A DNA stretch of 62,986 bases, filler included, from Octopus bimaculoides (GCF_001194135.2; 4 parts of 4 records of this genome joined end to end with filler, not necessarily neighbours in it); one strand, 5' to 3'; positions 11,701-23,739 are shown, counted from the first letter of the whole stretch. Numbers and translations: made by a program. Notes: generated from the letters alone by a model not told the origin.

Positions 11701-11876
11701 ACAGGGAGGAAAAAATTATATTTGATGCATACAAAGCTGAAACTCTGAGCGAAATTGAAAAAGATTTGAAAGATCTTAACCTGTCCATAGATGATGTCTA
11801 TGATCCAGTAGCATTGTCCAAAAAGGAACGAGTTAAAAAAGAAAAGGTCCAGTTTCAAGGCCGTATATGGTATTAA
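3311..11876 (+). CDS. MRPS15: Mitochondrial ribosomal protein uS15m gene (spliced): exons 3311-3404, 5558-5653, 7077-7152, 7940-7988, [missing exon], 10409-10467, 11460-11876
   Basis: GT-AG exons with compatible phases assemble to MAARFFIRNILL...LLSG/NFQNVP...KRYYSRVRKKERPLFPKLFRSG/DRMKRLPLPDSTIKFWCQDVKELQD/APDHVQRLFTIEFANR/.../AYLTLRIRALKKHLTSFRK/DKVSKSMLSEKIAKRRKMLKILKKQNMINFQWLTKELRILY. This matches the recalled animal uS15m layout (targeting peptide followed by the S15 domain). Confidence 0.88.
5188..5403. mobile_element. Short non-autonomous Tc1/mariner-type MITE
   Basis: TIR cgatggggtgctgaaaagttcct / aggaacttttcagcactccc with TA flank; related copies at 7634-7856 and 38759-38937. Confidence 0.75.
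5558..5653 (+). CDS. MRPS15: MRPS15 exon 2
   Basis: Acceptor ttttgtcttag|, donor CAG|GTTTGT, 96 nt, phase 1-1. Confidence 0.8.
5688..5791. repeat. Compound (CAT)n/(CAC)n microsatellite
   Basis: Seen directly, just downstream of MRPS15 exon 2. Many further (TA)n, (CA)n, (GA)n, (ATCT)n, (AAT)n and (AAC)n tracts occur through the window. Confidence 0.95.
6442..6588 (-). repeat. Minisatellite, 7 x 21 bp (catcatttaacgtccatttcc), derived from the RTE 3' terminus
   Basis: Units start at 6442, 6463, 6484, 6505, 6526, 6547 and 6568; the last unit runs on into further RTE 3' UTR. Confidence 0.95.
7077..7152 (+). CDS. MRPS15: MRPS15 exon 3
   Basis: Acceptor ttactgtag|, donor GA|GTAAGT, phase 1-2. Confidence 0.85.
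7634..7856. mobile_element. Tc1/mariner-type MITE, copy 2
   Basis: Same TIRs and internal sequence as 5188-5403. Confidence 0.75.
7940..7988 (+). CDS. MRPS15: MRPS15 exon 4
   Basis: Acceptor ctctctttccag|, donor CGT|GTAAGT, phase 2-0; encodes APDHVQRLFTIEFANR. Confidence 0.85.
8673..8871 (+). mobile_element. tRNA-derived SINE family A
   Basis: ggcggcgagctggcagaaacgttag...gagttcaaattccgccaaggtcgactttgcctttcatcctttcggggtcgataaattaagtaccag. Other copies at about 4555-4745(-), 8100-8290(+), 8465-8650(+), 18925-19019(-), 32120-32320(-), 45095-45280(-) and 49330-49390(-). Confidence 0.85.
9634..9878 (+). mobile_element. SINE family B 3' part with AAC tail
   Basis: Ends gtgccaacaacaac. Confidence 0.8.
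9890..10345. mobile_element. Rearranged RTE remnant in an MRPS15 intron
   Basis: 9890-10290 minus (MRVVQAMYR..SKVKVGNE joined to DEVVRQDLRML); 10295-10345 is a plus-strand RTE tail. Confidence 0.6.
10409..10467 (+). CDS. MRPS15: MRPS15 penultimate exon
   Basis: Acceptor tctatttaacag|, donor AAG|GTGAGT, phase 1-0; encodes AYLTLRIRALKKHLTSFRK (S15 core). Confidence 0.88.
10625..11380. mobile_element. Cluster of TTAA-flanked piggyBac-type MITEs (families A and B, nested)
   Basis: TTAA at 10711, 10928, 11055, 11279 and 11377; CCCTTT...AAAGGG termini; A copies at 10715-10927 and 11059-11278; B at 10932-11376 interrupted by A. Further A-like copy at about 24855-25055 and a related end at about 32635. 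Confidence 0.8.
11460..11876 (+). CDS. MRPS15: MRPS15 last coding exon
   Basis: Acceptor tttttcattttcag|GAT; in frame with ORF 11406-11876; stop TAA. Confidence 0.88.
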   Translation, partial: DKVSKSMLSEKIAKRRKMLKILKKQNMINFQWLTKELRILYAPVPKYIYWPMTKKGNRKRRSHKKAFRMKIQKIEKLREKYREEKIIFDAYKAETLSEIEKDLKDLNLSIDDVYDPVALSKKERVKKEKVQFQGRIWY

Positions 11877-11893
11877 GACCTGTTGGTTTTTGC

Positions 11894-11899
11894 AATAAA
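11894..11899 (+). promoter_or_regulatory. MRPS15 polyadenylation signal AATAAA
   Basis: 17 nt after the stop, followed by a T/GT-rich tract. Confidence 0.6.
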
Positions 11900-12149
11900 T
11901 TTATATTTCATTCAAATTATCTTTATTCTTTTGTCTTTTGTGTTTTACTTGTTTTAGTCCTTGGACTGCAGCCATGCTGGGGCACCACCTTGAGGGGGTT
12001 TAGTCAAACAAATCAACCCCAGCACTTATTTCTAAACCTGCTACTTATTCTGTTGGGCCCTTTCTGCTGAGCTGTTAAGTTAAAGGAATGTTTGTCAAGC
12101 AATAGTGGAGGACAAACACAAAGATACATGTAAATATATACATACATAC

Positions 12150-12440
12150 ATCATCATCATCATTTAATGTCCGCTTTCCATGCTAGCATGGGTTGGACGA
12201 TTTGACTGAGGACTGGTGAAACCGGATGGCAACACTAGGCTGCAATCTGATCTGGCAGAGTTTCTACAACTGGATGCCCCTTCCTAATGCCAACCACTCC
12301 GAGAGTGTAGTTGGTGCTTTTACGTGCCACCCGCACGAAGGCCAGTCAGGCGGAACTGGCGACGGCCACGCTCGAAATGGTGTGTTTTATGTGCCACCTG
12401 CACAGGAGCCAGTCCATCGGTACTAGCAACGATCTCGCTT
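12150..12440 (-). mobile_element. RTE 3' UTR with tail
   Basis: (CAT)n-ttaatgtccgctttccatgctagcatgggttggacg...ggatgccccttcctaatgccaacc. Smaller pieces at about 4755-4860, 7190-7290 and 8340-8460. Confidence 0.8.
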
Positions 12441-13899
12441 GAATGTCTTTTCACGTGTGTGTNNNNNNNNNNNNNNNNNNNNNNNNNNNNNNNNNNNNNN
12501 NNNNNNNNNNNNNNNNNNNNNNNNNNNNNNNNNNNNNNNNNNNNNNNNNNNNNNNNNNNNNNNNNNNNNNNNNNNNNNNNNNNNNNNNNNNNNNNNNNNN
12601 NNNNNNNNNNNNNNNNNNNNNNNNNNNNNNNNNNNNNNNNNNNNNNNNNNNNNNNNNNNNNNNNNNNNNNNNNNNNNNNNNNNNNNNNNNNNNNNNNNNN
12701 NNNNNNNNNNNNNNNNNNNNNNNNNNNNNNNNNNNNNNNNNNNNNNNNNNNNNNNNNNNNNNNNNNNNNNNNNNNNNNNNNNNNNNNNNNNNNNNNNNNN
12801 NNNNNNNNNNNNNNNNNNNNNNNNNNNNNNNNNNNNNNNNNNNNNNNNNNNNNNNNNNNNNNNNNNNNNNNNNNNNNNNNNNNNNNNNNNNNNNNNNNNN
12901 NNNNNNNNNNNNNNNNNNNNNNNNNNNNNNNNNNNNNNNNNNNNNNNNNNNNNNNNNNNNNNNNNNNNNNNNNNNNNNNNNNNNNNNNNNNNNNNNNNNN
13001 NNNNNNNNNNNNNNNNNNNNNNNNNNNNNNNNNNNNNNNNNNNNNNNNNNNNNNNNNNNNNNNNNNNNNNNNNNNNNNNNNNNNNNNNNNNNNNNNNNNN
13101 NNNNNNNNNNNNNNNNNNNNNNNNNNNNNNNNNNNNNNNNNNNNNNNNNNNNNNNNNNNNNNNNNNNNNNNNNNNNNNNNNNNNNNNNNNNNNNNNNNNN
13201 NNNNNNNGTCTTTCCCCGTTATTAACTAGAAGACAAAAAAAAAAAATAGTTTCACTACACGTGTTTGCAACCATATATTTTATCTTTCTTCGCCGTGGAG
13301 CACTCAGACAAGTTTTTAAAAAGTGCAAAAAAAGTGCAAAATCATATTTAATACGGCAATTTGTCCGTCAGCTTTTCAACTTTCACACGGGCTACCTTCA
13401 CCTCCAAACACTGGTTGGAACTACGCCGATTGTGATGTTATAAACGGTATATGGTGATGATAGTTTTGAAGATCGTTTTGTAATGACCTTCGGGAAAATA
13501 CCTTCGCTGAGAAAAATATCAAATAAATGTGTAAGAAGTATGGGTTAATGTTTACAACTTCATTAACCGTAACCGACATTAACCAAAGTATGTTCTACTT
13601 TCTGTCTCGTCTCGCTATTTCTTTCTTAGGAATTATATGCGAACTTTTCAAACTAAAAGAAGCATATGCTTTTACGGAGACAGAATTATATCCTTCCTGG
13701 GCCGTCGCACATGAGATGAGTAATAAAGGTAAATGAAGGGTGGCAACTGTAGGAAGGAAATTCTGTCTTTCTGCCAAAACAGTAGCAGTATTAAAATTGT
13801 GTATGAAATATACGAAAGGCAACACGATGAGAAAGAAGCAGTATTCTTATTCCATTAAACAATTGAAATAAAAATAAAAAAAAATAAAAAGCTATCGCC

Positions 13900-13971
13900 T
13901 GCGTCGGCCGGGAGTCGAACCCGGATCGACTGCTTGGAAGGCAACCATGCTAACCGTTACACCACCGACGC
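13900..13971 (-). tRNA. tRNA-Gly-TCC: tRNA-Gly (TCC)
   Basis: Reverse complement GCGTCGGTGGTGTAACGGTTAGCATGGTTGCCTTCCAAGCAGTCGATCCGGGTTCGACTCCCGGCCGACGCA: 7-bp acceptor stem, A and B boxes, TCC anticodon; oligo-T Pol III terminator about 10 nt downstream. Confidence 0.95.
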
Positions 13972-14609
13972 TGACAAATTTCAGGGTCCAAAATTCTTTA
14001 CTAGTACCAAAAAATATTTTGTTATTATCCGCAATATTTCTTTATTTTTGTAGCAGGTGGTTTTTTATTCCATTTAAGGCAGCGAAATTAATAATAATGT
14101 CTAAATATAGCTTATTTCTGTCGTTTTATCAAGCTTCAGATGATGTTACATTGCTTGGCAATAGTGGAAGAATTCTTTATTTTGACGTTGCGCTGCGTAA
14201 GCGATTTTTTTTTCTTCTTTCTCGGCGATGTTTGAATATAGCGTACCACATCAATGCATGCAATATGCTCTATATATTTTCACAAATTATATGACCAAAC
14301 TAAAGGGTGTGACCCGAGCAAAAAGAAAAAATAGTGTAATAGGTGTAAAACAACTTGCTCTAAACGAATATGAAAAAAAAAAAAAATGTGCGCTCGCGAA
14401 CGGGGAAAGGGGGAGGGGAATCGGAAAATTCACATCGTGAATGTTCCGAGTCATCTCATCACAGCNNNNNNNNNNNNNNNNNNNNNNNNNNNNNNNNNNN
14501 NNNNNNNNNNNNNNNNNNNNNNNNNNNNNNNNNNNNNNNNNNNNNNNNNNNNNNNNNNNNNNNNNNNNNNNTATATATATATATATATATCATATATATA
14601 CACACACAC

Positions 14610-14640
<31 letters not shown>

Positions 14641-15179
14641 CATATATGGATGTACATATATATATATATACATATATATGGATGTATATATATGAGTGCA
14701 TATATATTCATATGTATATGATGTATATATATGAGTGCATATATACATATATACATGTGTGTGTATGTATATATGTATATATATATATATACATACACAC
14801 ACATATATATATATGTAACGGTTAAGTTTTTAGTTGAAGTCGAGGGTCACCAAATGTTGCGGTTAGGTTTTAATTAGTGTAGTTACCAATGGTAACGGGT
14901 AAGATTGATGAGTTAAACAACAATATGGAATGTCGGAGTCGGTAGTCGTAACGATAAAAATTTGTTGTTATAATGGCAAGTTGTAGGATGAGGAAGATGA
15001 ACAATGTTTGAAGAGAGAAGCGAGATGAGATTTTCTCAAGATCAGCAAATGCATGTTGCAGCACTTAATGCTGGATCAATTAAATCAGTGTTTTAATGAT
15101 TAGACAGAGGTCCAATAGAATAGTAACAATCCGTTAAAATGTCTCAACAATCTCAACCGGTCAACATGCCTCAACAGTC

Positions 15180-15375
15180 TGTTGTGTCTCTTTGTGTCTG
15201 TGTTTGCTTCCCACCTGACTGCTTGACGACTGGTGTTGGTATGTTTATGTCCCAGTAACTTAGCGGTTTGGTAAAAGAGACAATAGATTAAATACTAGGT
15301 TTTAAAAAAGTAAGTCCTGGGGTCGATTTGTTTGACTAAAACCCTTCAAGGCAGTGCTCCAGTATGATCGCAGTT
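15180..15375 (+). mobile_element. SINE family C 3' part
   Basis: gcttgacgactggtgttggt...aagtcctggggtcgatttg...gtgctccag; opposite-strand copies at about 7415-7620 and 11945-12125. Confidence 0.65.
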
Positions 15376-17207
15376 CTCTCTCTCCGATGGCGGATAGCTA
15401 ACGTGGATTTCTGTACTCAATAACATATGGTCCACATGCTCCGCTATTCTAGAAACAGCTGTAAGAAACTTTACATATATATCATAACTACATTGCGCTA
15501 TGGCTATATGGTAGATTAAATGTTCTAAAATGATGTTAAATGTTTTGCTTGTTTAATTATTTGTTTTAATATATATCTACCTGCTCAATGATGAATCACT
15601 TCCAGCCACTTTTGATAGGCAATTTCTGAACCACATTTTGCAGTTGAAGTTCNNNNNNNNNNNNNNNNNNNNNNNNNNNNNNNNNNNNNNNNNNNNNNNN
15701 NNNNNNNNNNNNNNNNNNNNNNNNNNNNNNNNNNNNNNNNNNNNNNNNNNNNNNNNNNNNNNNNNNNNNNNNNNNNNNNNNNNNNNNNNNNNNNNNNNNN
15801 NNNNNNNNNNNNNNNNNNNNNNNNNNNNNNNNNNNNNNNNNNNNNNNNNNNNNNNNNNNNNNNNNNNNNNNNNNNNNNNNNNNNNNNNNNNNNNNNNNNN
15901 NNNNNNNNNNNNNNNNNNNNNNNNNNNNNNNNNNNNNNNNNNNNNNNNNNNNNNNNNNNNNNNNNNNNNNNNNNNNNNNNNNNNNNNNNNNNNNNNNNNN
16001 NNNNNNNNNNNNNNNNNNNNNNNNNNNNNNNNNNNNNNNNNNNNNNNNNNNNNNNNNNNNNNNNNNNNNNNNNNNNNNNNNNNNNNNNNNNNNNNNNNNN
16101 NNNNNNNNNNNNNNNNNNNNNNNNNNNNNNNCGAAACTAATGGTCACTCTATGACTGGACGTAACATTTAACTTCCTAAAAATATATATTACTGCTCTAA
16201 TACTTTAGAGTGCGTTTCTTTTTCGGACATATGGACTACGTAGTGTGATGTCATAAACCCCACCCTGCAAAAAAAGTAAACGAAAACAAAACAAAACAAA
16301 AAACTTCCGAGCAATACAATATCCTTCGTTAAAAGTATTCTCTCAGGAGAATCTTATAACATTGGAATATTTGTTCCGGCTTTTTAATTTCGAGTACAAA
16401 CACCCGCTAAGGTCAACTTCATTTTTCTTTCTTCCAAAATCAATAAAATAATGTAACAACTAAACACCAAGGAATAATATAATCGACAGTTTTTTTCGCC
16501 ATAAATTCCAGGCCTTGTGCCAATACTATGCAATCATAAATTACATATCAAAGATTTTAAAAATTTGATCAGCACCTATGTCAGGGGAGTAGTAGATGCA
16601 GAGTTACTTCCCTTAAATTCCCCCCACCCATGATTCTTTACGCTGTTCTAAAAACCTCGTTATCTTCCATCGGAATTGTTTAAGTTTTTCCACAGGAATT
16701 CAGTATTTTCATTTCTATCATTCCCCAAACTACCTTTTCTTTACTTTAAACATTAACTCATCTTTATCACACACATTCTGAAACAATCAAAGCGAAATTT
16801 ACCAGCGGTTAACCTGTGGTATTCGTCTTAATACGAAAAGCGACGTCTGGTGTATGGCAAAGTTTTATTTACTATGATGAAGGAAAGTGAAAACATGTCC
16901 TGCCTTGGTGGAGACTTCACACCGTGATATTATATATTTACATTTCATGAATATCGCTGGAATAATAATAATAATAATAATAATAATGGTGATGTTTACA
17001 TTTGATACTAGAGGTTTATGACACTGATATTACAATATTACAACTATGTCGGTAAGTTTACATTAACACGATTGTTTTCACATTTTGTTTATCTCATCTA
17101 TATATATNNNNNNNNNNNNNNNNNNNNNNNNNNNNNNNNNNNNNNNNNNNNNNNNNNNNNNNNNNNNNNNNNNNNNNNNNNNNNNNNNNNNNNNNNNNNN
17201 NNNNNNN

Positions 17208-17242
<35 letters not shown>

Positions 17243-17703
17243 ATACATACAAGCTCTGCTAAGAATCTATATGTGTGGTCGCTCGCCTCGCTAGAAGCAA
17301 CAGTCAAATCTCTCAACGCCCAACTACCTTAAAAAAGAGGGAGGGAGGCCCCACACAGATGTGATACCTTTGATGGTAGGTGTGTCCAGTGTCTTTACCT
17401 CTGGTTAAAGAACACCCTACATACCTATCTATCTAGCTACATATCTATCTCTCTATCACATTGTCTGTCTGTCTCTCTCTCTATCTTTCTATCTATCTAC
17501 CTGTATCTCTATCTATCTATCTATCTATCTATCTGTATGTCTCTATCTATCTATCTTCGCACATAGGTATACACACACACGTAGTTAAAATCTATTTCAC
17601 TCATGTATACTTGTTAATGACGTGGAGAGGTGCTTTGCAAATGTGTCAGTTTCTATGTATAATATACACCTGTAACGATAAAAAAAATATAACACATTAT
17701 ATG

Positions 17704-17742
<39 letters not shown>

Positions 17743-19019
17743 TTAGGGATATAAAAACATAGACATGTTATTGCTGACGTCTTTATTTGTCAGTGTGACA
17801 ATGCTGGAGTGACATGTTTGGTGTCACGCAAGACACTTGTCCATTTCATTAAAAACCTTTCGGCTATGTTGTACAACTTCCTGCTTTTCCAGTTTGTTAG
17901 CTCTGTCTATTTAGCTATCTTACCTGCCTACCTGTGTATCTATCTATCTAAATATCTATCTACCTCTAATACCCCACACCTATCTATCTATCTATCTAGC
18001 TATCTACGCACCTGTCTACCTCTCTACCTCTCTGTCTAAGCCACGCGGAAATGTCTACCAGTTGGCCCAATTTGTTAGAAATAGCAACTAAATCTCCTTC
18101 AACTCTTGCCACACACTACTTTTAAAATGAAGGAACACGTCGAGCACTCATACTTCAATTACATTTGAACGGAGTTCTTGCTTTTCGGAGTTGACCTGGG
18201 GTTCAACAGACATTCCAAGCAAATTAATATAACTCTATAGTTCAAAAGTAATTAATTTGTTTGCCGCGATGAAGAAGTTTTCGGATAATTATATTTTCTA
18301 ATGGCATGAAACAGATAGCTGGCGGATTAGTACCACTATTTAGTAGATGTATAATCTCTCTCTCTCTCTCTCTCGATATATATATATATATATGTATGTA
18401 TATATATATATACTGAGCTATGTAACTATTTATGTAGCTCGTTATGCATGTATCTGTTCTCTCTCTCTCTCTCTCTCTCTCAGGCGTGTTCGGTGTGCAA
18501 TCAAGCGTACACTCACAGGTGATGCATAACACGTGTATGAAACATTCCTTTGAAGCCTGTCATCGTCTGATTTACCTTCATAGAATCATCGACATGTTCA
18601 CACACACCCACACACACGCAAATAACATTTGTCGAGATATTATTATCATGTAAGTGGTGAAGCATTGTACGTTTTAGTAAGTAATTTCCTGTTTGACTGG
18701 GAGTGTCCATGACCCGGTTTCGATTCCATGTCGTTCCACCATGCTACTTAATGCCCTTGAAAACACAACGATCGTCACAAATTATATTTACCTTTTCTCG
18801 GCAGTAAATCTGTTTCAGGTGTCTCTATCAGGAATCAATTCATGGAATTACCGTAAAGTACTAGTAGTAGTAGTAGTAGTAATAATAATAATAATAATAA
18901 TTTCTACTATAAGGTACAAAACCTGAAATTTGGTGGGAATCGACCCCAGTACCTCATTGCTACTTATTTTATGGATGAAAGACAAAATGAACTTCAGCGG
19001 AATTTGAACTCAGGACGTC

Positions 19020-19119
19020 NNNNNNNNNNNNNNNNNNNNNNNNNNNNNNNNNNNNNNNNNNNNTTAATTAATTAANNNNNNNNNNNNNNNNNNNNNNNNN
19101 NNNNNNNNNNNNNNNNNNN
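19020..19119. other. Artificial join spacer (44N-TTAATTAATTAA-44N)
   Basis: Exactly 100 bp; the 12-mer gives stops in all six frames. Confidence 0.9.
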
Positions 19120-19129
19120 AACTGTTCTA

Positions 19130-20352
19130 CTCTACCTGTGTAAAATGTGGGTATGGGGGTATGATATCTATGTATATTTCCTATTTAGTATTGGGGAAGT
19201 TTCATTTATAAGGACGTACTCCCGTATTTGTCTTAGAGTTGGGTCTTTTGGGTGCTTGGATAAGATGCGGATGTCAAGTTGACCCAAGTTGCCTCCATGC
19301 TGGTCTTTGGCATGTTGGTAGAGTATGGAGGACTGTTTTTTGTCGTCATATTGTCTCAGATGTTCGTTTAGTCGTTCCGCAATGCTCCTAGATGTTTCCC
19401 CTATATATGTCATATTCAGTTCTTTACAAGCACCTTCCATGCATTTTATGCTGTAAACTACATTTCTATTTCTGCAGTTAATGCCAGGGCTAATCCTACA
19501 TACAGTTATCATATGCAGTTATCATTGGTACATATGGTATTCTCAAAGGGGTACGTCCTACATAGTTGTGATCTGATGGAATTCCCTGGCTTTTCAACAA
19601 TCTTAATGTTGAGTTTGGACTCCTTCAGAGCTTTTCTAAACCTACGCACTAGTTCTCCATGGGCTGTGGCCTCTACAAACATCACTCCTTGATATCTGTC
19701 GGTTTTATACCACGTGTTCGCCCTGTTGGCTTTGTCACAAATTCTTTGTATCTTGTTCCAGTCTATGTTTCTATATCTAGGGCAGGTACCACTGGTATCA
19801 TTACGTATACTATTATCTAACCTCTTTCTAGCTCCCCTGTATACTCGAACCCTATCTTTCTGATCATATCCAGAGAACTGCATGCGGTGCATGAAGTTCT
19901 GTATATGTTTTTTCGTTTCATAGGTTTCGCATAGTGGGGAGATGTTGTTCATTATCCTAACTAAGTGTGCTATCAGTATATTAATTTTCATGCTGTGTGA
20001 CAAAGCTGAGTTCTTGTGAACAACATGTTTTGAAGCTATGGGTTTCATATAATATGAGTGGAGGAGCTGCACTCTATTGTTCACAGTCTCTAACCAAAGT
20101 TCAGTATCAAGTACAGGGAGCCTATTGTTGGGTTTTTTTAGTCGGGTAATCTATAATTACCTTGATACTTTGGTGGATGGAGTTAGCTATTTGCTGGATG
20201 CTCTCCATTACGTTCCTTTCGGTTTCTACACGACCGTCACTAGAGTTGGTCCTAACTATGATATTAATGTCATCTACATATCTGCTGTAAAGTAGAAGAG
20301 TTGTGGACTGTTCTGCTAACATTTGTTTAAGTTTTCTGTCCCACCAGGTCAT
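19130..20352 (-). mobile_element. Penelope-like retroelement remnant (RT C-terminal half + GIY-YIG endonuclease), frameshifted
   Basis: RT motif RYVDDINII; linker with Cys cluster; endonuclease NVVYSIKC...YIGETSRS...ERLNEH...RQIREYVLIN, spread over ORFs 20122-20352, 19509-20084 and 19168-19512. Confidence 0.9.
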
Positions 20353-20367
20353 ATATATATATATATA

Positions 20368-20482
20368 TCCAAAGTTTCAAATTTATGCATTTAAAAAAAG
20401 AGAGATTCAACACCGGAGTTTTATGGATAAAACTCCGGTGTTGAATCTCTCTTTTTTAAATGTATAAATTTGAAACTTTGGA
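20368..20482. repeat. Near-perfect palindrome, 56-57-bp arms, 2-nt loop
   Basis: tccaaagtttcaaattt...caccggagttttat GG ataaaactccggtg...aaatttgaaactttgga; one mismatch and one indel. Confidence 0.95.
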
Positions 20483-20659
20483 AATATAAACAATGAGAAC
20501 GATCCTTAAGGAATCTAATCAATGATCCTTGGGGGTGAAGTCTTATGCTATATTGGTAACGATTACAGAGTTTACTTTGAAAAATTATATATATACACAC
20601 ACACACATATATATATAAATATATATACATACATACATACATATATATATATATATAAG

Positions 20660-21050
20660 TGAAATCGAAATCGAGTTAAATTTGACGACTGGCACCCATG
20701 CCAACGTTGTCTCCTTCATTGGACACGAAACTCAGCTTGCAAAGACTTGTTGGGGCAAGCAAAAGCAAAATCGTGATGGCACCTGTACCCAGCAACGCCT
20801 TCCTGGCACTTGTGCCCGCGGCATGTGTAAGGACTTTCGAGCAAGATCGTTGCCAGTGCCCCTGGACTGGCTCTTGTGCAAGTGGCACATAAAATACACC
20901 ATTTTGAGCGTGGCCGTTGCCAGTACCGCATGACTGGCCTTCGTGCCAGTGGCACGTAAAAGCACCCACTACACTCTCAGAGTGGTTGGCGTTAGGAAGG
21001 ACATCCAGCTGTAGAAACTCTGCCAAATCAGATTGGAGCCTGGTGTAGCC
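20660..21050 (+). mobile_element. RTE 3' UTR fragment
   Basis: Near-identical to 26760-27070; motif gagtggttggcgttaggaagg. Confidence 0.8.
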
Positions 21051-21060
21051 NNNNNNNNNN

Positions 21061-21091
<31 letters not shown>

Positions 21092-21093
<2 letters not shown>

Positions 21094-21922
21094 TTGTTGA
21101 TAGCTTCAGTTACCTAGGGGACCAAGTCAGTAGTGGGGCGGATGCTTTGAAAGTGTAGCTGGTAGAATAAGAATAGCCTGGGCAAAGTTCAGAGAGCTCC
21201 TACCTCTGCTGGTGTCAAAGGGCCTCTCAATCAGAGTAAAAGGTAGACTGTATGACGCATGCATACAAACAGCCATGCTACATAGCAGTGAACATAGGCC
21301 GCTGAGGAAATGAGTAAGCTTGCAAGGAATTAAGCTAGTATGCTCCGCTGGATGTGTAATGTCAGTGTGCATACGCAACAGGGTGTAAGTGCCCTGAGAG
21401 AAAAGTTGGATTTAAGAAGCATCAGATGTGGTGTGCAAGAGAGACGACTGCGCTCGTATGGTCATGTGTCGTGAATGAATGAGGACAGCTGTGTGAGAAA
21501 GTATCACACCTAGCAGTTGAGGTCACCTGTGGAAGAGGTAGACCCAGGAGAACCTGAGATGAGGTGATATATATACGTATATATATATCAGTGTTGCGTA
21601 ACTAGCACCTATGCCAGTAGCGCATAAAAAGAACCTTTCAAGCACTGGGTCCTGTGGAGGCAATGACAAATGACTGAAAGCTTTGGCAATATGCTGTGCT
21701 TGAGAAGTCCCATCAAACCAAGTGAAACCATAGTCATGGCAAATACTAGTCTCACTGGCACCTGTGCCAGTTGCACATAAAAGCACCCATTACACTCTCA
21801 GAGTGGTTGGTGCTAGGAAGGGCATCCAGCCATAGAAATCATGCCAAATCAGACTGAAGTCTTATCAGCCCTGATCAAACCATCCAACCTATGCCAGCAT
21901 GGAGGACATTAAATGATGATGA
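21092..21922 (+). mobile_element. RTE-clade LINE 3' end (RT C-terminus, 3' UTR, GAT tail)
   Basis: VDSFSYLGDQ...RIRIAWAKFRELLPLL...VKGRLYDAC...QERRLRSYGHV...GRGRPRRT; 3' UTR with aggaagggcatccagc; tail aaatgatgatgat. Confidence 0.85.
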
Positions 21923-22324
21923 TACACACACATATAGTTATAGGGTAGTATGAACCAAAAAAATCCTGGTACAGGAAGTTAGTAAACATCATGCATGTAC
22001 ACAGCTAGTACAGATGACAAAAAGCTGATAATATACGACAAAGGAACTTCAATAACCGGTATATGTAATACGCTTTGTCTCATACAGAAATTAATGGAAA
22101 TTTCAATAAGTTGACAGTCATGATACAATTCATGGTTTAACAAAGAAAATTGCTAAATATGTGAATACAAATCAAGGAATAGAAAAGGTAAATAATGACT
22201 ACATATATTTTAAAGCTAAACTTTGTCTTACTTAACTTGTAACACATACAAAATCAGTTTTGCTACTCTTCAGGTCCAGTTACGTTCAGCTGTTTACATA
22301 GTCACACACACACACATATATATA

Positions 22325-23198
22325 TTGGATCATCCCATAAATAGTGTGTTTTTTTCAAGTGTATGAAAAGTCAGAGAGAGATGGGATAAACTACTAGGAT
22401 CAACTTGCTATAAAAGCAGGTAGTAATTTTACCTTGTCTTTATTCTTAGTGCAACTTTTGATGAGTGTAGTTCAATTTTAACAGTTATTTTTTCAAAGCT
22501 GTAATGGAAGTGACAAAGGAGCGTATTTGGCATATTTTGCATTATGAGTTCAATAACGGTAACAACGCAACAGAAAGTGTGAGGAATATTAATGCAGTAT
22601 ATGGAGATCAGACAATAAGATCCAGCCAGTGTCAACGGTGGTTCCAGAAATTTTGAGCTGGAAACTACAGCCTAGAAGACAAGCCTCATTCTGGAAGATC
22701 AGTAGAGCTCAATGAGAATGTCTTGCAAAACCTGGTAGAACAAAATCTCATAACTGTTGAGGTACTAGCACAGAAGCTTGGATTTGGTCATTTTACCATT
22801 CATTGACACCTGCATGCTATTGGAAAAGCCAGCAAATTGGTTTCAAGATGATACAGCGAGGATGACATTCCAAAGGCTGGAGCAGTTTGGATGGGAAATG
22901 ATGCCTCACCAACCATATTCGCTGGACATTGCCCCATTTGATCATTATTTATTCCAGTCTTCAAAATCATTTGGATGCAAAAAACATGAATTCTGTAGAC
23001 AAGGTCAGAACAGTAATGAAGTATTTTTTGTCACAGACTGGTGAATTTTGGAAGAGGAGCCTTACAAGTCTACCAGATAGATGGAAGAGCATTGTAGAAA
23101 ATGAAGGAGAGTACATTTTACATTAAGAACTTTGTTTATCATAATTTTGAAAAATAAAAGAAGTATGAAAAAAACACATTACTTATGGGTTGACCCAA
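22325..23198 (+). mobile_element. Mariner-like element, internally deleted, both TIRs present
   Basis: TIRs ttggatcatcccataaatagtgtg / cacattacttatgggttgacccaa flanked by TA; MEVTKERIWHILHYEFNNGNNATESVRNINAVYG...QCQRWFQKF HTH; HQPYSLDIAPFDH motif. Confidence 0.9.
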
Positions 23199-23439
23199 TA
23201 TTATATATTCTTTCTGGTGTAATAATTTTCCATTGATGCTATTAATGATATATGAGAATACTGTCCTTGTCTATTTACTCAAAATGTCATATACATCAAT
23301 AGTATCTTTTCTTAATCCTGGAAATATGTTAGAATATATGCATTTATAAGGATTTTGAAAGAATGTTCTTTATTAAAAACATCAGAATGTTAAGCCATGT
23401 CACCAACATAGATATAGTTGTAGTTGCCATATCTTCTTC

Positions 23440-23739
23440 CTTGTACGAATACATTGTTATATAAGATGTAGTCATGTGCAGAATGATTTTTGACAGTGAT
23501 ACAGTTATTTTTCTGTAAGAATATACACTAATGTATCTGTGCTATTTGAGAGAATAATTTACCACAAATATCAGTTATATGGATTCTTGTCTATATGAAT
23601 ACTTTGCGTCTAGTTAAGTTATTACATTGAGAAAAGGGTCTACAACATACATTGCACTGACATGATTTGTTTTCTGTAAGAATGTTTTTGTGTGAAGATA
23701 ACTTACCATTCTGTGAGTGATTCACTGCAAATATTACAG
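23440..23739 (-). pseudogene. Decayed C2H2 fingers downstream of the ZNF stop
   Basis: With frameshifts the sequence reads HDCNICSESL..NGKLSSHKNILTENKSCQCNVCCRPFSQCNNLTRRK..., then TDICGKLFSQ. Confidence 0.7.

Noticed and set aside
13396-13825. Possible two-exon gene on minus beside the tRNA
   Set aside because: One good acceptor (about 13507) but weak donors, early stops and no recognisable homology.
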